In this document: positions 30,861 to 40,697 of the stretch, in pieces
Layout of the letters: each line of letters starts with the position of its first letter
Position numbering within the stretch: the stretch's first letter is position 1
Source of the DNA: a virus
IMG/VR virus record: IMGVR_UViG_3300027861_002706
Location: 53,602 to 117,601 of that record
Reading direction: 5' to 3' (one strand)
DNA: 64,000 nt
Position numbers and translations under genes: made by a program
The notes under the pieces: model-generated
What the model was told of the DNA's origin: nothing
The model's database searches: none
Seen by the model: the letters and a program-made list of their open reading frames with translations, nothing else

Positions 30861-32030
30861 TTAACCTGTATCTGTAAATCTCTGGTCTATTACGCTGTAG
30901 TCTCCATACAAGTAATTTCCACTTGCGTCATGAAAAGCATCAAAAATTGTTGCAAACCTATCTCCGAATGGCCCCATCACGCTACCTGCTGTTTCTGGAC
31001 TTTGGCCAGTAGGAGGACTAACTGCACTGTCGCTCCAAGCTATTCTGCTCGACAAATTTATAGAAGTTACATTATGAATGACTTCTACTGTATGTTCTTC
31101 GGTTCTAAAATACCACTCTACGGTGTATCCTATTATGTCGTCTCGCCACACCTTAACTTTTTGGTCTGCTCGTCTCTGCCAATACAGTAGCTCTTGAACA
31201 CCATTCTTTTTCAGAACCCAAGCATACTTATATAAGAAATCGTTAAACCAAGTTATTAGCTTTTCGGCACCAAAATGAGTGCTACTGTAACAAGTAAATC
31301 TTAATATATTATCGTACCATTGTCCACGTACCTGGATCGAGTAGTTTTGTGGGTCATCGGGATGCTTGTAAATTTCTCTAACTCTAGGCTTAATTTCTTT
31401 CATCATGTCAAATGGTCTCTTGCCTACAGTCCCAGGCTCTTGCCGTATAAGCTCTACCGATATCGTTGGAGTAAACGGCTCCGCCTGAGAGACCCCTATG
31501 TCTCCCGAGCTATCTGACATGTCTGTGCCAGGCGTGTCTGGGTAAGCATGTAAGAACTTTACAAGTTTAGTAGTTTCCGCCCCTATCCCATCTGGGTTGA
31601 TAAACTCTAGCTTATCACTACCCTTTGGCCCAGTAATCCCTGTCTCGAGAAGGACTGCTCCATAGAACCTATTGTCTGGCGTTTTGGGTACATATTTAAC
31701 TGTGTATATTTCTGATGTATTTATATTTCGTATCTTATCCCCAAATTTAGGCTCTACTATCATGAATGGGAATACAATTAAAAATGGATTTTTCTTAGAA
31801 ACAGTAAAATACATCTGATATTTAGGCAGCAATTTACCTATCATATCATATATATCTTGCACATTTGCAGATCTGTCAGCCATAGACCTAGGCGGTCTAA
31901 GGAAGTCTTCTTTCTCAGTAATACCAAGTATTATATTTCTTGCTATAGGGGAAGTATTAAAATACTGTAGTGTTAGTTCGTCAAAATCCTCAAGGATAGG
32001 ATCGCCGGACTTATCATTTCTAATTGACAT
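30861..32030 (-). CDS. Neck/tail-terminator-like protein
   Basis: RGQWYDNILRFTCYS...GAEKLITWFNDF pattern, immediately before the sheath. Start set at ATG 32030 (the ORF track uses 32048). Confidence 0.6.
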   Translation of the reverse strand: MSIRNDKSGDPILEDFDELTLQYFNTSPIARNIILGITEKEDFLRPPRSMADRSANVQDIYDMIGKLLPKYQMYFTVSKKNPFLIVFPFMIVEPKFGDKIRNINTSEIYTVKYVPKTPDNRFYGAVLLETGITGPKGSDKLEFINPDGIGAETTKLVKFLHAYPDTPGTDMSDSSGDIGVSQAEPFTPTISVELIRQEPGTVGKRPFDMMKEIKPRVREIYKHPDDPQNYSIQVRGQWYDNILRFTCYSSTHFGAEKLITWFNDFLYKYAWVLKKNGVQELLYWQRRADQKVKVWRDDIIGYTVEWYFRTEEHTVEVIHNVTSINLSSRIAWSDSAVSPPTGQSPETAGSVMGPFGDRFATIFDAFHDASGNYLYGDYSVIDQRFTDTG

Positions 32031-32487
32031 TCCACACACTCTCTTCACATAAACACCTGTAGTATATTATTTTACCATTAATTCCACGCTGCTCGCTCAC
32101 ATCCTGTATGTCGTAGTACTTAGTTATCTTGAAGGGCTTTATCGGCTCTAATGTAGCTTCGTCTATAGCTAGTTCCACTATCCAATCTAGCTCCCTCGGA
32201 TTCATACTATACCTAAGATAAAAGATATACTTGGGTACAGTTATTAATCCTATTGGAGTTCCTAGCTCATCAGATCCACCTGACATTCCTACAGGACTCT
32301 TCCTGGCCTTAGTAATGTGATCTGTATATGTATGTCCAGACGTGGTCGTATCTGGTGCAGCAGTCAAGCCTTCACCAGTGGGACTATCTACGTTGGGAGA
32401 GCTAGGACTAAGCAGCACTTTTCTAAGCGCGATCCAGTACCCATTCTCTTTTACAAACTTCTCAAACTCTAATCTCATTTGAGTCAT
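32020..32487 (-). CDS. Head-closure/neck protein
   Basis: About 155-aa ORF (RLEFEKFVKENGYWIALRK...IIYYRCLCEE) located before the tail terminator and sheath. Start set at ATG 32487, 2 nt after the upstream stop. Confidence 0.55.
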   Translation of the reverse strand: MTQMRLEFEKFVKENGYWIALRKVLLSPSSPNVDSPTGEGLTAAPDTTTSGHTYTDHITKARKSPVGMSGGSDELGTPIGLITVPKYIFYLRYSMNPRELDWIVELAIDEATLEPIKPFKITKYYDIQDVSEQRGINGKIIYYRCLCEESVWNVN

Positions 32488-32489
32488 GA

Positions 32490-35400
32490 TTATCCATCTC
32501 CCCATAGATTATCGCTAGCATGCGTACCACCTATTTTATCAGACGCTGGCCTAGATATCTGTGTGTCGGTTGCCGATATCCTGGGATCTTTGTCGGATAT
32601 AGCACCTTGAGGTATACTGTCTTTTAGCGCAGGAACTAGTCTGACTATTACATCTAGACTTGAACTGATAGCAGAATCCAGGAAGATACGAGCACTATTA
32701 GTAAAGTCTAGGGATATTGCTGCGCTGGATAGCGCGCTAGACACCACATTGCCAACAATGGGAACTATCAGTCTGGCAGAAGTAACTCCTTCCGAAGAAA
32801 CCGATCCAGATATAAGTATAACTTTCTCTGCTCCAGCTATGATTATAGTCTCACTAGAAATTTGTCCAGATAGATCACTACTGAGTGATAGAGAAGCTGA
32901 AGTTACACTAGAGCCTGCAGTCTCTGCAGATAGAACCTTATCTCCTGTTTTAGACAGGCTTGAAGTAACAACACATTCTCCAACAGTAGTTCCGGAAACA
33001 CTTGATACAGTAGAAATAGTAGCAGTGCTAATTGCACTTCCTGTTGCAGTCGCAGATACACCGTGGATCAGGAGTGTACCGGCCTCGACTATAGCCTCAC
33101 TTGATATAGCTGATTCTAATCCTACACCTAGCTGCTGTTCTGAAGTAGCTACTGACTCACTCGAAATAGATCCGGAAACATAAGTCGCTACGCTAGTAGA
33201 ACTAGTAGAAACAGATACACTTACTATTGAAGCAGCAATAGCGTATGTAACGCTAACGTTACCAACAGATACTGCAGTACCTCTGATAGACCCTACGCTT
33301 TCAGAAGTAGGTAATGCTGCTGAAACTACTGCCAAACCTGAAGAAGATGCACTCAAGTCAGCGACGAGGTTGAGCACACCTGTAACAACGCTAGTCGAAG
33401 TAACAGTCGCAGTGAGAGCCGTATCCACGAGTGTGGCACTTATCGCAGTTCCCTCTGTGACTATGGAGCCCCTCAGATCGGTGACCACGCTAAGAGTACT
33501 GGCGGTAACGCTAGTGGAGCTGACAGCTGCGACAAGAGTTGTGTCCACTAGTGTGGCGCTTACTGTGGTTCCCTCTGTGATTATCGAACCTCTGAGGTCG
33601 GTAACCACGCTTATACTACTGCTAGAACTAGAAGATCCGATAGTACTGGCAACGACGAAAGCATCTGCTGTTACAGCAGAAGTAGCAACTGTCAGTCCTG
33701 TAATATCAGCAACTACAACATAATCTACGACTGTAGCCAGCTGAGTAACTGTAGTTCCTATGGCGGACCCAGAAAACTCTGCTACTCCTGATTCTGTTAG
33801 TGCTGCTGAAATATCACATATTCCTACAGATTCAGCTACGCAGCTATACCCCATAGTTAGCGTAGATGTAGCAACAGCTGTACCTGCAGATGCTCCAACA
33901 GAAGAGTAGGAGGCAACAGCGCTGCCAGTAGCAGTAGCTTCTCCAGAAGCAGTGGCAGCCAGGTCGGTAACTATACTAAGGGCACTGGTAGTAACAGCGG
34001 TAGAGGTTGTAGTTGCAGTAAGAGCTGTGACCACGCTGAGTGCACTAGCGGTAACGCTGGTAGAACTAACAGCTGCGACAAGAGTTGTGTCTACCAGTGT
34101 GGCACTCACTGTGGTGCCCTCTGTGATTATGGAGCCTCTGAGGTCGGTAACCACGCTGAGTGCGCTGGTAATAACAGAGGTGGAGGATGTGGTTGCAACG
34201 AGGTCAGTAACCAGCAGCGTGGCACTCACTGTGGTGCCCTCTGTGATTATGGAGCCTCTGAGGTCGGTGACCACGCTGAGTGCGCTGGTAACAACAGAGG
34301 TGGAGGATGTGGTTGCAACGAGGTCAGTAACTACGCTGAGTGCGCTGGTAACAACAGAGGTGGAGGATGTGGTTGCAGCAACATACGTTATAACTTCTAT
34401 CGCAGAAGATATACTCACAGATCCGATAGTAGATCCAGTAAGTTGCCTGTCCATAGCTTTAGTGAAGTTAGATGAAATTATTGTCCTACTGATAAGCTCA
34501 GCTGCAAGATCAGTAACAACACTAATACTACTTTCAGCAACAGAGGTAGAACTAATAGACGCAATAAGATCAGTGACTACCAGTGTAGCACTTACCGTGG
34601 TTCCCTCAGTTACGATGGAGCCTCGAAGGTCGGTGACTACGCTGAGCGCACTGGTGGTGACAGAGGTAGAAGTTGTGGTTGCAACAAGAGTTGTGTCTAC
34701 CAGTGTGGCACTCACTGTGGTTCCCTCAGTGACTATCGAGCCTCTGAGATCGGTAACCACGCTGAGTGCGCTAGTGGTAACGCTGGTGGAAGTTGTGGTT
34801 GCAACGAGGTCAGTGACCACACTGAGTGCGCTGGTGGTGACGCTAGTAGAGGTAGTGGTTGCAACAAGGTCGGTAACCACGCTGAGGGTGCTGGTCGTAA
34901 CGCTCGTGGAGGTCGTGGTTGCGACAAGATCGGTAACCACGCTAAGGCTACTAGTGGTAACACCTGTAGCAGAGATTGAAGCAGCGAGATCGGTGATAAC
35001 CGAGATGCTGCTTTCTGTAACCGCCGGCAGAGAAATTGAAGCTCTTAGATCCGTAACAACAGATATATTGCTTGCAGCAATACCTTCAATGACTATGGAA
35101 GCAGCTAGCTGTCTGGCAACCTGAACATCGCTGGAGGCAACCGTATCTGACTGAATCGCCCCTATTACATCTGTAACTACTCCAGCATTACTGGATATAA
35201 CACTATCGGAAACTACCGATCCTCTTACATCTGTAACAACACTAATGACTCCCTGGCTGTCAGCTACACCAATGATAGTGCCTGTAGCAAGATGGTCGAC
35301 GCCAGCAGCAGCAGAGACTGCCTTTTCCCATCTCGCCTTTAATGGACCTATGTTCCAGTCGCCGTCCTTGCCAGCAGCAAAAATCCTAAATTGATATGTT

Positions 35401-35867
35401 CTACCTTCGACCGCATTATCTACAGATATAGACCATCCACCTTCAGAATGATTATCTCTAATCTCTGCAGAAACATTTTGCTGGCCATTCCCTTCTTCAA
35501 ATTGCAACAATCCTGGCGTATAGTTTTGATCAGTACTCGCTTGGTTAATTCTAGGATTGATAGAATTGCTATGGACAAAGCTTGCATCAACTGCTCCCGT
35601 TAAATATAGCTCATGGGCGCTATTGGCCTGAAGGATAGTATAGCTGCCCGGTGAATTAACATCCTTCCATTCAAGATAGTGATTATTACCAGCACGTATT
35701 CTCTCACTTTCGTCTAGTATATTTGTAAATAGAATAAAATTATCTGACCCAGTATATGTATATATACCTGACTCTGTCGCTGTAGATCCTGGGCCAGCGA
35801 GGAAGGGAGTTACAGCATCTGCTGTACTAAATCCAGTAGTTAGTACTGTACCTATCTCACTTGCCAC
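32490..35867 (-). CDS. Ser/Thr/Val-rich repetitive fibre or whisker-like structural protein (1125 aa)
   Basis: 20-aa quasi-repeats (SALSVVTDLVATTSSTSVVT / SALSVVTDLRGSIITEGTTV) through the central region, with a non-repetitive N-terminal domain. Confidence 0.7.
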   Translation of the reverse strand: MASEIGTVLTTGFSTADAVTPFLAGPGSTATESGIYTYTGSDNFILFTNILDESERIRAGNNHYLEWKDVNSPGSYTILQANSAHELYLTGAVDASFVHSNSINPRINQASTDQNYTPGLLQFEEGNGQQNVSAEIRDNHSEGGWSISVDNAVEGRTYQFRIFAAGKDGDWNIGPLKARWEKAVSAAAGVDHLATGTIIGVADSQGVISVVTDVRGSVVSDSVISSNAGVVTDVIGAIQSDTVASSDVQVARQLAASIVIEGIAASNISVVTDLRASISLPAVTESSISVITDLAASISATGVTTSSLSVVTDLVATTTSTSVTTSTLSVVTDLVATTTSTSVTTSALSVVTDLVATTTSTSVTTSALSVVTDLRGSIVTEGTTVSATLVDTTLVATTTSTSVTTSALSVVTDLRGSIVTEGTTVSATLVVTDLIASISSTSVAESSISVVTDLAAELISRTIISSNFTKAMDRQLTGSTIGSVSISSAIEVITYVAATTSSTSVVTSALSVVTDLVATTSSTSVVTSALSVVTDLRGSIITEGTTVSATLLVTDLVATTSSTSVITSALSVVTDLRGSIITEGTTVSATLVDTTLVAAVSSTSVTASALSVVTALTATTTSTAVTTSALSIVTDLAATASGEATATGSAVASYSSVGASAGTAVATSTLTMGYSCVAESVGICDISAALTESGVAEFSGSAIGTTVTQLATVVDYVVVADITGLTVATSAVTADAFVVASTIGSSSSSSSISVVTDLRGSIITEGTTVSATLVDTTLVAAVSSTSVTASTLSVVTDLRGSIVTEGTAISATLVDTALTATVTSTSVVTGVLNLVADLSASSSGLAVVSAALPTSESVGSIRGTAVSVGNVSVTYAIAASIVSVSVSTSSTSVATYVSGSISSESVATSEQQLGVGLESAISSEAIVEAGTLLIHGVSATATGSAISTATISTVSSVSGTTVGECVVTSSLSKTGDKVLSAETAGSSVTSASLSLSSDLSGQISSETIIIAGAEKVILISGSVSSEGVTSARLIVPIVGNVVSSALSSAAISLDFTNSARIFLDSAISSSLDVIVRLVPALKDSIPQGAISDKDPRISATDTQISRPASDKIGGTHASDNLWGDG
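33370..35100. repeat. Intragenic quasi-tandem repeats with about 60-nt period
   Basis: Near-identical DNA blocks such as accacgctgagtgcgctggtaa...gaggtggaggatgtggttgcaacgaggtcagtaac (about 34151 and 34271) and gtggcactcactgtggtgccctctgtgattatggagcctctgaggtcggt (34099 and 34219). Boundaries are approximate. Confidence 0.9.
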
Positions 35868-35876
35868 TTAACTCCC

Positions 35877-37385
35877 CTAAGCCTGGTCTAAGTCAACTCC
35901 GAAAAAGATTTTTCCAGTTTCGTGTTGTACGATATGGTGAGGTCCATTTGGTGGAGATGCATAATACTGAATAGTACCACCCTCTAAAGCTTCAGCATTC
36001 ATTAACCAATATCTTGAGTAAACTACATCTTTGTCAGCGTTACATACAAAGCCAGTTAAGCTAATATACCAATCAGCGACCCCTTCGGTATCTGCTGATA
36101 CATATCCTGTTCCAGGCAGTAGGTAAGTTAAACCATTATAGTAATCTTCTACTGCAAATCTAAAGCCCATGCCATCGCCCAGGAGTCCCTCTAGCGAGAA
36201 ATTCGTCAGCTGCTCTACATCTCTGCCAGCAGTGAATAGTTTATCCCGATATACAGGATTTCCATCCATGTCTACACCAAACTCTTCACCATAGAATTGA
36301 TAAGTTCTCGACATTCCGGCTATAGTCGCACTGACTTTATGATCTGTTGGGCCTGAAGGACCCTGGCCTACTATATCATATGGATAACCTGAATCAGGAG
36401 AGGTACTACTTATATTAGAAACAGCGGATTCAAAGGTTCCATTAAGCACTCCTACATCTTCGTAGTCGGCTACTGAGAGACTGGCGCCAGTTTCATTCAA
36501 TCTAAAACAATGAACTAAGTCAGACTGTTGATCTCCATCGACAGGTACAGTCTTAAGACTCTCTAGCTTTCCGTAGTTTATAACAGAAGCCATATCTGAC
36601 TTCCAAAATCTATGCTCGCAGTGTCCGCCAGGCCAACTCCTATTTAGTTTGCTAGAAGCGCTATTATTCTGTTGCGTACCGAAGAATCCAGCAAGACCTG
36701 AAGTACCTAACATAGAATTATCATTATTATCTAGCTGTCTGTGTATAAATACCAAGATTGGCCCATTCGCTGGATCAGTTTCACTCCTGATCATTCTAAA
36801 ATACTTACCAGGCGTATGAGTAGTATCACCCTCCTGTGGACCCCAAAAAGTACCATTAAGATTATCTACTGTTCCACCTGCATCAGTCCCATCAGAATTT
36901 TTACCCAATCTGCCGACTAGCCATTCCCACTGACTATCTGTACTGTTGTACCTAAGAACAGAGTGATACCACTCATCTGGACTCATCCAGTCATCTGCGT
37001 TGGCTGTCTCCAGGGCTACATTACCGGACCAGCCGTTAGTGCCAGTATTTCCCCGAACATATCCAAATCTTACCCTTAGTGCGTTGGTATTTCTTAGCCG
37101 TAACTGATATCCGCAGATTTTAGAATTCGACTGTTGCCTTATATCTACAGCAAACTGGTAATTCGTACCTGAATTATCAAAACGTGAAATATAAAAAAAT
37201 GTTTCTATACATGTAACACCGATTTTGCTAGCCCACATACCGTCTAACTCTGACTGCGTTTGAGGGAATAGCCCATGAGCCTGGTGACTCTCTAGCCACC
37301 AGCCAAGATACGCACCTGCACCCCGAGTTGCGGTAGTATGCTCCGTGTCTCCGAGATGATATGGATCATATGAGCCTGTAGGCAT
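35877..37385 (-). CDS. LamG/concanavalin-A-like lectin-domain structural protein (502 aa)
   Basis: DEWYHSVLRYNS...WPGGHCEHRFW...DLVHCFRLNE follows the LamG_3-type motif order. Confidence 0.65.
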   Translation of the reverse strand: MPTGSYDPYHLGDTEHTTATRGAGAYLGWWLESHQAHGLFPQTQSELDGMWASKIGVTCIETFFYISRFDNSGTNYQFAVDIRQQSNSKICGYQLRLRNTNALRVRFGYVRGNTGTNGWSGNVALETANADDWMSPDEWYHSVLRYNSTDSQWEWLVGRLGKNSDGTDAGGTVDNLNGTFWGPQEGDTTHTPGKYFRMIRSETDPANGPILVFIHRQLDNNDNSMLGTSGLAGFFGTQQNNSASSKLNRSWPGGHCEHRFWKSDMASVINYGKLESLKTVPVDGDQQSDLVHCFRLNETGASLSVADYEDVGVLNGTFESAVSNISSTSPDSGYPYDIVGQGPSGPTDHKVSATIAGMSRTYQFYGEEFGVDMDGNPVYRDKLFTAGRDVEQLTNFSLEGLLGDGMGFRFAVEDYYNGLTYLLPGTGYVSADTEGVADWYISLTGFVCNADKDVVYSRYWLMNAEALEGGTIQYYASPPNGPHHIVQHETGKIFFGVDLDQA

Positions 37386-38011
37386 TATATCTTCCTGTCA
37401 GTCTTGGTATCTTTTCTTCTAGCATTTTTTCTTATATTAATAGCGGAGCCATTGCTATAAGGATTAGATACCGATGCTACGCTATTAGCACTAGCCCAGA
37501 ATTCACATGTGATCTGTACTGAACTAGTGATAGTAGATCCTGCAGTAACAATTAATCTTAGTCTAGTCATAGTTGCACCCTGCAACTGCAGAATCCTATC
37601 TTTTATATCAAATATAGTTATTCCGCCGTCCAAACCCTCCTTAATCACATCCTCTTGATCACCCTGAAGATAGGCACTGGACCATACAGCTCCAGTAACA
37701 GAATCATCATCCTCTAGATCCTGTCCAGTGGGAGCAACACTGGCTGTCCACTCGACATATCCATCGATATCTAATGAGCTGTCTATGCCGCTATCAGAAT
37801 TAAATATTCTATAAAACGTATCCTCAAAGTAAGAGACAGGTTGCGGCGAAAAATATCCAGTAAAAGGAAGGGTTATCCCACTAGATAAAACGATACTCTC
37901 ACTACTCACAGGTACTTCAGAAGACAGATATGCACCATTATTCCTGGGCATACCTATATGAGAGTTAGGAGTTCCCATGACAGAAATAGAGGTTAATACT
38001 CTTCTGGCCAT
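37385..38011 (-). CDS. Accessory structural protein (208 aa)
   Basis: Coupled ORF (TAATG overlap), beta-rich, inside the fibre cluster. Confidence 0.55.
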   Translation of the reverse strand: MARRVLTSISVMGTPNSHIGMPRNNGAYLSSEVPVSSESIVLSSGITLPFTGYFSPQPVSYFEDTFYRIFNSDSGIDSSLDIDGYVEWTASVAPTGQDLEDDDSVTGAVWSSAYLQGDQEDVIKEGLDGGITIFDIKDRILQLQGATMTRLRLIVTAGSTITSSVQITCEFWASANSVASVSNPYSNGSAINIRKNARRKDTKTDRKI

Positions 38012-38020
38012 AGTACTCTC

Positions 38021-38599
38021 CTATAGTATGTAGAATGCTTGCCCACTAGCAGGAGTGGTATGTATCTGGCTTATTGTTAGCGTGTTTGCTGCTCCTGTGA
38101 CGTAGTCTTCTATGAAGGCGATTCTTCCATCTAGATTTCCACCGTGGAAAAGAACTGTTCTATCAACCCATTGATCATTTAGACCGGTTAAATCGCTACA
38201 GACAACAGTAGTTAAAGAGCCTGCGGCAGTCGTAGTAAAACTCTTTGCAAGAGTTGGGAAGTCCATATCCATTTGGTGTTGGGCACTGGCGTGGCCATAG
38301 GTTTCTATAGCTATATGGCTATCCATAAATACTTTTGTGGCGGTAGCATCTTCTATTTTTAGATCTATATGAGCACCCGACATTTCAGCAGCGGTCAGAC
38401 TTAACTTATACACTCCGACAAAACTATTGTTCCATTTAGTAGGCTGATTAGTTGTATTAGCTGGAGCTCCAGCGTCTATTGATATTAGTGTGTCTCCGGA
38501 CGGCAAACTAGTTACATGATAGAGTTCATCTCCAGCTGTGTTATATACAGGAATGAATATATCTGTAGCTACACCATATTTTCTCTGAATAGGATTCAT
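38021..38599 (-). CDS. Accessory structural protein (192 aa)
   Basis: Coupled ORF, beta-rich (GVYKLSLTAAEMSG). Confidence 0.55.
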   Translation of the reverse strand: MNPIQRKYGVATDIFIPVYNTAGDELYHVTSLPSGDTLISIDAGAPANTTNQPTKWNNSFVGVYKLSLTAAEMSGAHIDLKIEDATATKVFMDSHIAIETYGHASAQHQMDMDFPTLAKSFTTTAAGSLTTVVCSDLTGLNDQWVDRTVLFHGGNLDGRIAFIEDYVTGAANTLTISQIHTTPASGQAFYIL

Positions 38600-39249
38600 C
38601 CTACTCTCCTAACTCTACATCTCGCGCCTTGCCAATCAAAAAAGGATGCCGTGATAGAAGACCATTCTTCATCATCTCTATCCACTGATCCTGAACCACT
38701 ATGCGACCCTTTGCCGGAAGTGATCTTATACCCAGCCCACAGGGAACATGCATTCCCTACTGTAGTTAACTGAGTATACCCACTTGGAGTAGTCCAGTCC
38801 GGAGAATTAGTATGACAGGCGGCTAATACTATTAGTCTTCCAGAAAGCTCAGGAGAGATAGATGGAAAAGTAATTGTCTCACCCGAGCTACTACTGCTAC
38901 TTGAACTAGCCTTATCCGCAACTAACCTAGATCTAGTCCCAGAAAATTCCGACACAAATACATTATATTGTTGTCTGTCACCAAAAGTAACCGTGAATGA
39001 TGTAGATTCAGTACCATCGGCAACTTTATACCACAGCACAGATCTAGCATCTGATCCGTTCGATACAGTTGCTATCTCTGTCCACGATCCGTTAGATGTA
39101 CTTGATGGATCCTCGCTAGAACCTAGTCTACCCATGAGCCCCAGGACTAGTAAGTTACCTTTAGTAGGAGAGGAGGCCAGGGTTGCTGTTATAGAAGTAG
39201 TCCCGCTGCCTGAAGTAGAACCAGACTGGACATGGGCTATAATAGCCAT
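38596..39249 (-). CDS. Accessory beta-sandwich structural protein (217 aa)
   Basis: AHVQSGSTSGSGTTSITATLASSPTKGNLLVL pattern; Ser/Thr-rich. Confidence 0.55.
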   Translation of the reverse strand: MAIIAHVQSGSTSGSGTTSITATLASSPTKGNLLVLGLMGRLGSSEDPSSTSNGSWTEIATVSNGSDARSVLWYKVADGTESTSFTVTFGDRQQYNVFVSEFSGTRSRLVADKASSSSSSSSGETITFPSISPELSGRLIVLAACHTNSPDWTTPSGYTQLTTVGNACSLWAGYKITSGKGSHSGSGSVDRDDEEWSSITASFFDWQGARCRVRRVG

Positions 39250-39572
39250 CAGTAGGTTAATTCTATATCTATTATTCCCGCCTGATCAGAACTACTTATG
39301 ACTATATCCATAATTCCCCCAGTAGCAAAATCCAGATCAACAGAATGGTCTACTACTGAAGTAGTTATGTCTATCGCGGTGGCGTACATATTCACCTTAT
39401 TCTTCTGCATCATTATCGTGGAGTCTGTACCCCCAACTCTGGACACTCTGATACTGCTAATGGATATACCATCAAGTACCGAAGTAACCACCGACGCTGG
39501 TAAAGAAAGCGGCGGATCAGTTACTGGGTCATTCGACCCAGTAGGATCCGCCACAAAGGTCATTATTGCCAC
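39249..39572 (-). CDS. Small accessory structural protein (107 aa)
   Basis: Coupled ORF within the cluster. Confidence 0.5.
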   Translation of the reverse strand: MAIMTFVADPTGSNDPVTDPPLSLPASVVTSVLDGISISSIRVSRVGGTDSTIMMQKNKVNMYATAIDITTSVVDHSVDLDFATGGIMDIVISSSDQAGIIDIELTY

Positions 39573-39591
39573 GATTAACCTAAACTAGTTG

Positions 39592-40062
39592 TTAACGCTC
39601 TTCTATTGTTAAATTATTAGCCGTTATCCTAACTGAATCTCCATCTGCCACGCTCTTTGGAGTATCAAAAATACCATAGTAGTATGTACCAGTTTCAGCT
39701 ATTACACTACTGGTAGCAATGATAAATCCAGTTACAGTGCCCCATGATGCAACAGTAGACGTGCCAAAATTAATCTCATTGCCGTTATCAATAGTTGTTG
39801 CAAAGGGATCGCCGGCCGCAGTGGACGCAGCATTCATAGAAGCTGCAGTAAGTCGTACTCTACTATAACCAGCCGAGGCAGCAACTTCATGGGTGCTATG
39901 CCAGGCTGATGCCGCGTTATCATTTACAGCAGGATCGCCTGTAACTAGCCCAATGTAAAGATCAGTATTCTCTGTGCCAGCCATCGGCGCAGCACCATCA
40001 TCAAACAAATAATTTAGAAGTATTCTTTCAAATTCAGCAGTTTTTGCTCCAGTAGTTGCCAT
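39592..40062 (-). CDS. Phage fibre/decoration-type protein (156 aa)
   Basis: GYSRVRL...NGNEINFGTSTVASWGTVTGFII...PKSVADGDSVRITANNLTIEE is a pattern common in small phage structural proteins. Confidence 0.6.
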   Translation of the reverse strand: MATTGAKTAEFERILLNYLFDDGAAPMAGTENTDLYIGLVTGDPAVNDNAASAWHSTHEVAASAGYSRVRLTAASMNAASTAAGDPFATTIDNGNEINFGTSTVASWGTVTGFIIATSSVIAETGTYYYGIFDTPKSVADGDSVRITANNLTIEER

Positions 40063-40271
40063 TACTTAGACTCCTTTTTTGCTTCTTTGCCGAAGTCTGC
40101 TAAGCCTTGGCCTCCGAGGTAAGCAATTGTAAGATACAATGTATCTTTCATAGCTTCTTCCGATAAACCAAAAAGCTTGCCTGTTACGATAAGGATCGCG
40201 GCCAATACAAAGGCCTGCGATTTCTTAGATTCTGCTCCACTAAATGGAAGCAACGAAGTTAAAAATTTCAT
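40062..40271 (-). CDS. Holin-like small membrane protein (69 aa, two hydrophobic segments)
   Basis: AFVLAAILIVTGKLFGL and TLYLTIAYLGGQGLADF segments with a Lys-rich C-terminal tail; adjacent to a lipoprotein gene. Confidence 0.55.
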   Translation of the reverse strand: MKFLTSLLPFSGAESKKSQAFVLAAILIVTGKLFGLSEEAMKDTLYLTIAYLGGQGLADFGKEAKKESK

Positions 40272-40573
40272 AGATTAGTCCCCTTCAAAGAGATCTCGAG
40301 CTCTTCTTTTCTTTTTCTAGTATACCAGCCTGCTAAAATGCCTACCACCCCAACAGCTAGAGTACCCCACTGAGCGAGAAATGGTGCAGCCAGTGGGGCT
40401 ATTTTTTCAGCACTTGCCAGTTCTCCGGTTTCGACTACTACAGCGTCTGTTCCCTCGCCAACGATATCTAGCGGCCTAACAAACGCATCTGTTTCAAGTT
40501 CCGATGCTGGCTGGCCAAAAATTGCACAACCGGATATTGCTAAACATAACAAAGAGATACTAACTATTTTCAT
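40268..40573 (-). CDS. Lipoprotein with C-terminal TM helix; unimolecular-spanin-like (101 aa)
   Basis: GGAGG Shine-Dalgarno before ATG 40573. MKIVSISLLCLAISG-C is a lipobox; QWGTLAVGVVGILAGWY is a TM segment followed by TRKRK. Confidence 0.6.
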   Translation of the reverse strand: MKIVSISLLCLAISGCAIFGQPASELETDAFVRPLDIVGEGTDAVVVETGELASAEKIAPLAAPFLAQWGTLAVGVVGILAGWYTRKRKEELEISLKGTNL

Positions 40574-40636
40574 TCTTCCTCCTCGTAAGGCTCGTACTGT
40601 GGATAAATCCAATGTACCCAATGGTTCATTATCACT

Positions 40637-40680
40637 CTAGGATTATTGCACCCTATTAAGCAGATTATACTTAATCCTAG
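40637..40680 (-). promoter_or_regulatory. Inverted repeat enclosing a perfect TATAAT (minus strand) upstream of the spanin-like gene
   Basis: CTAGGATTA (40637-40645) and TAATCCTAG (40672-40680) flank a minus-strand TATAAT at 40664-40669; the -35 match is weak. Confidence 0.35.
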
Positions 40681-40697
40681 TATAGATAGAAACATCA

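Noticed and set aside
33370-35124. Plus-strand ORFs of 390 and 117 aa (33952-35124, 33370-33723)
   Set aside because: Antisense shadows of the Ser/Thr/Val repeat gene; its codon bias removes stops on the opposite strand.
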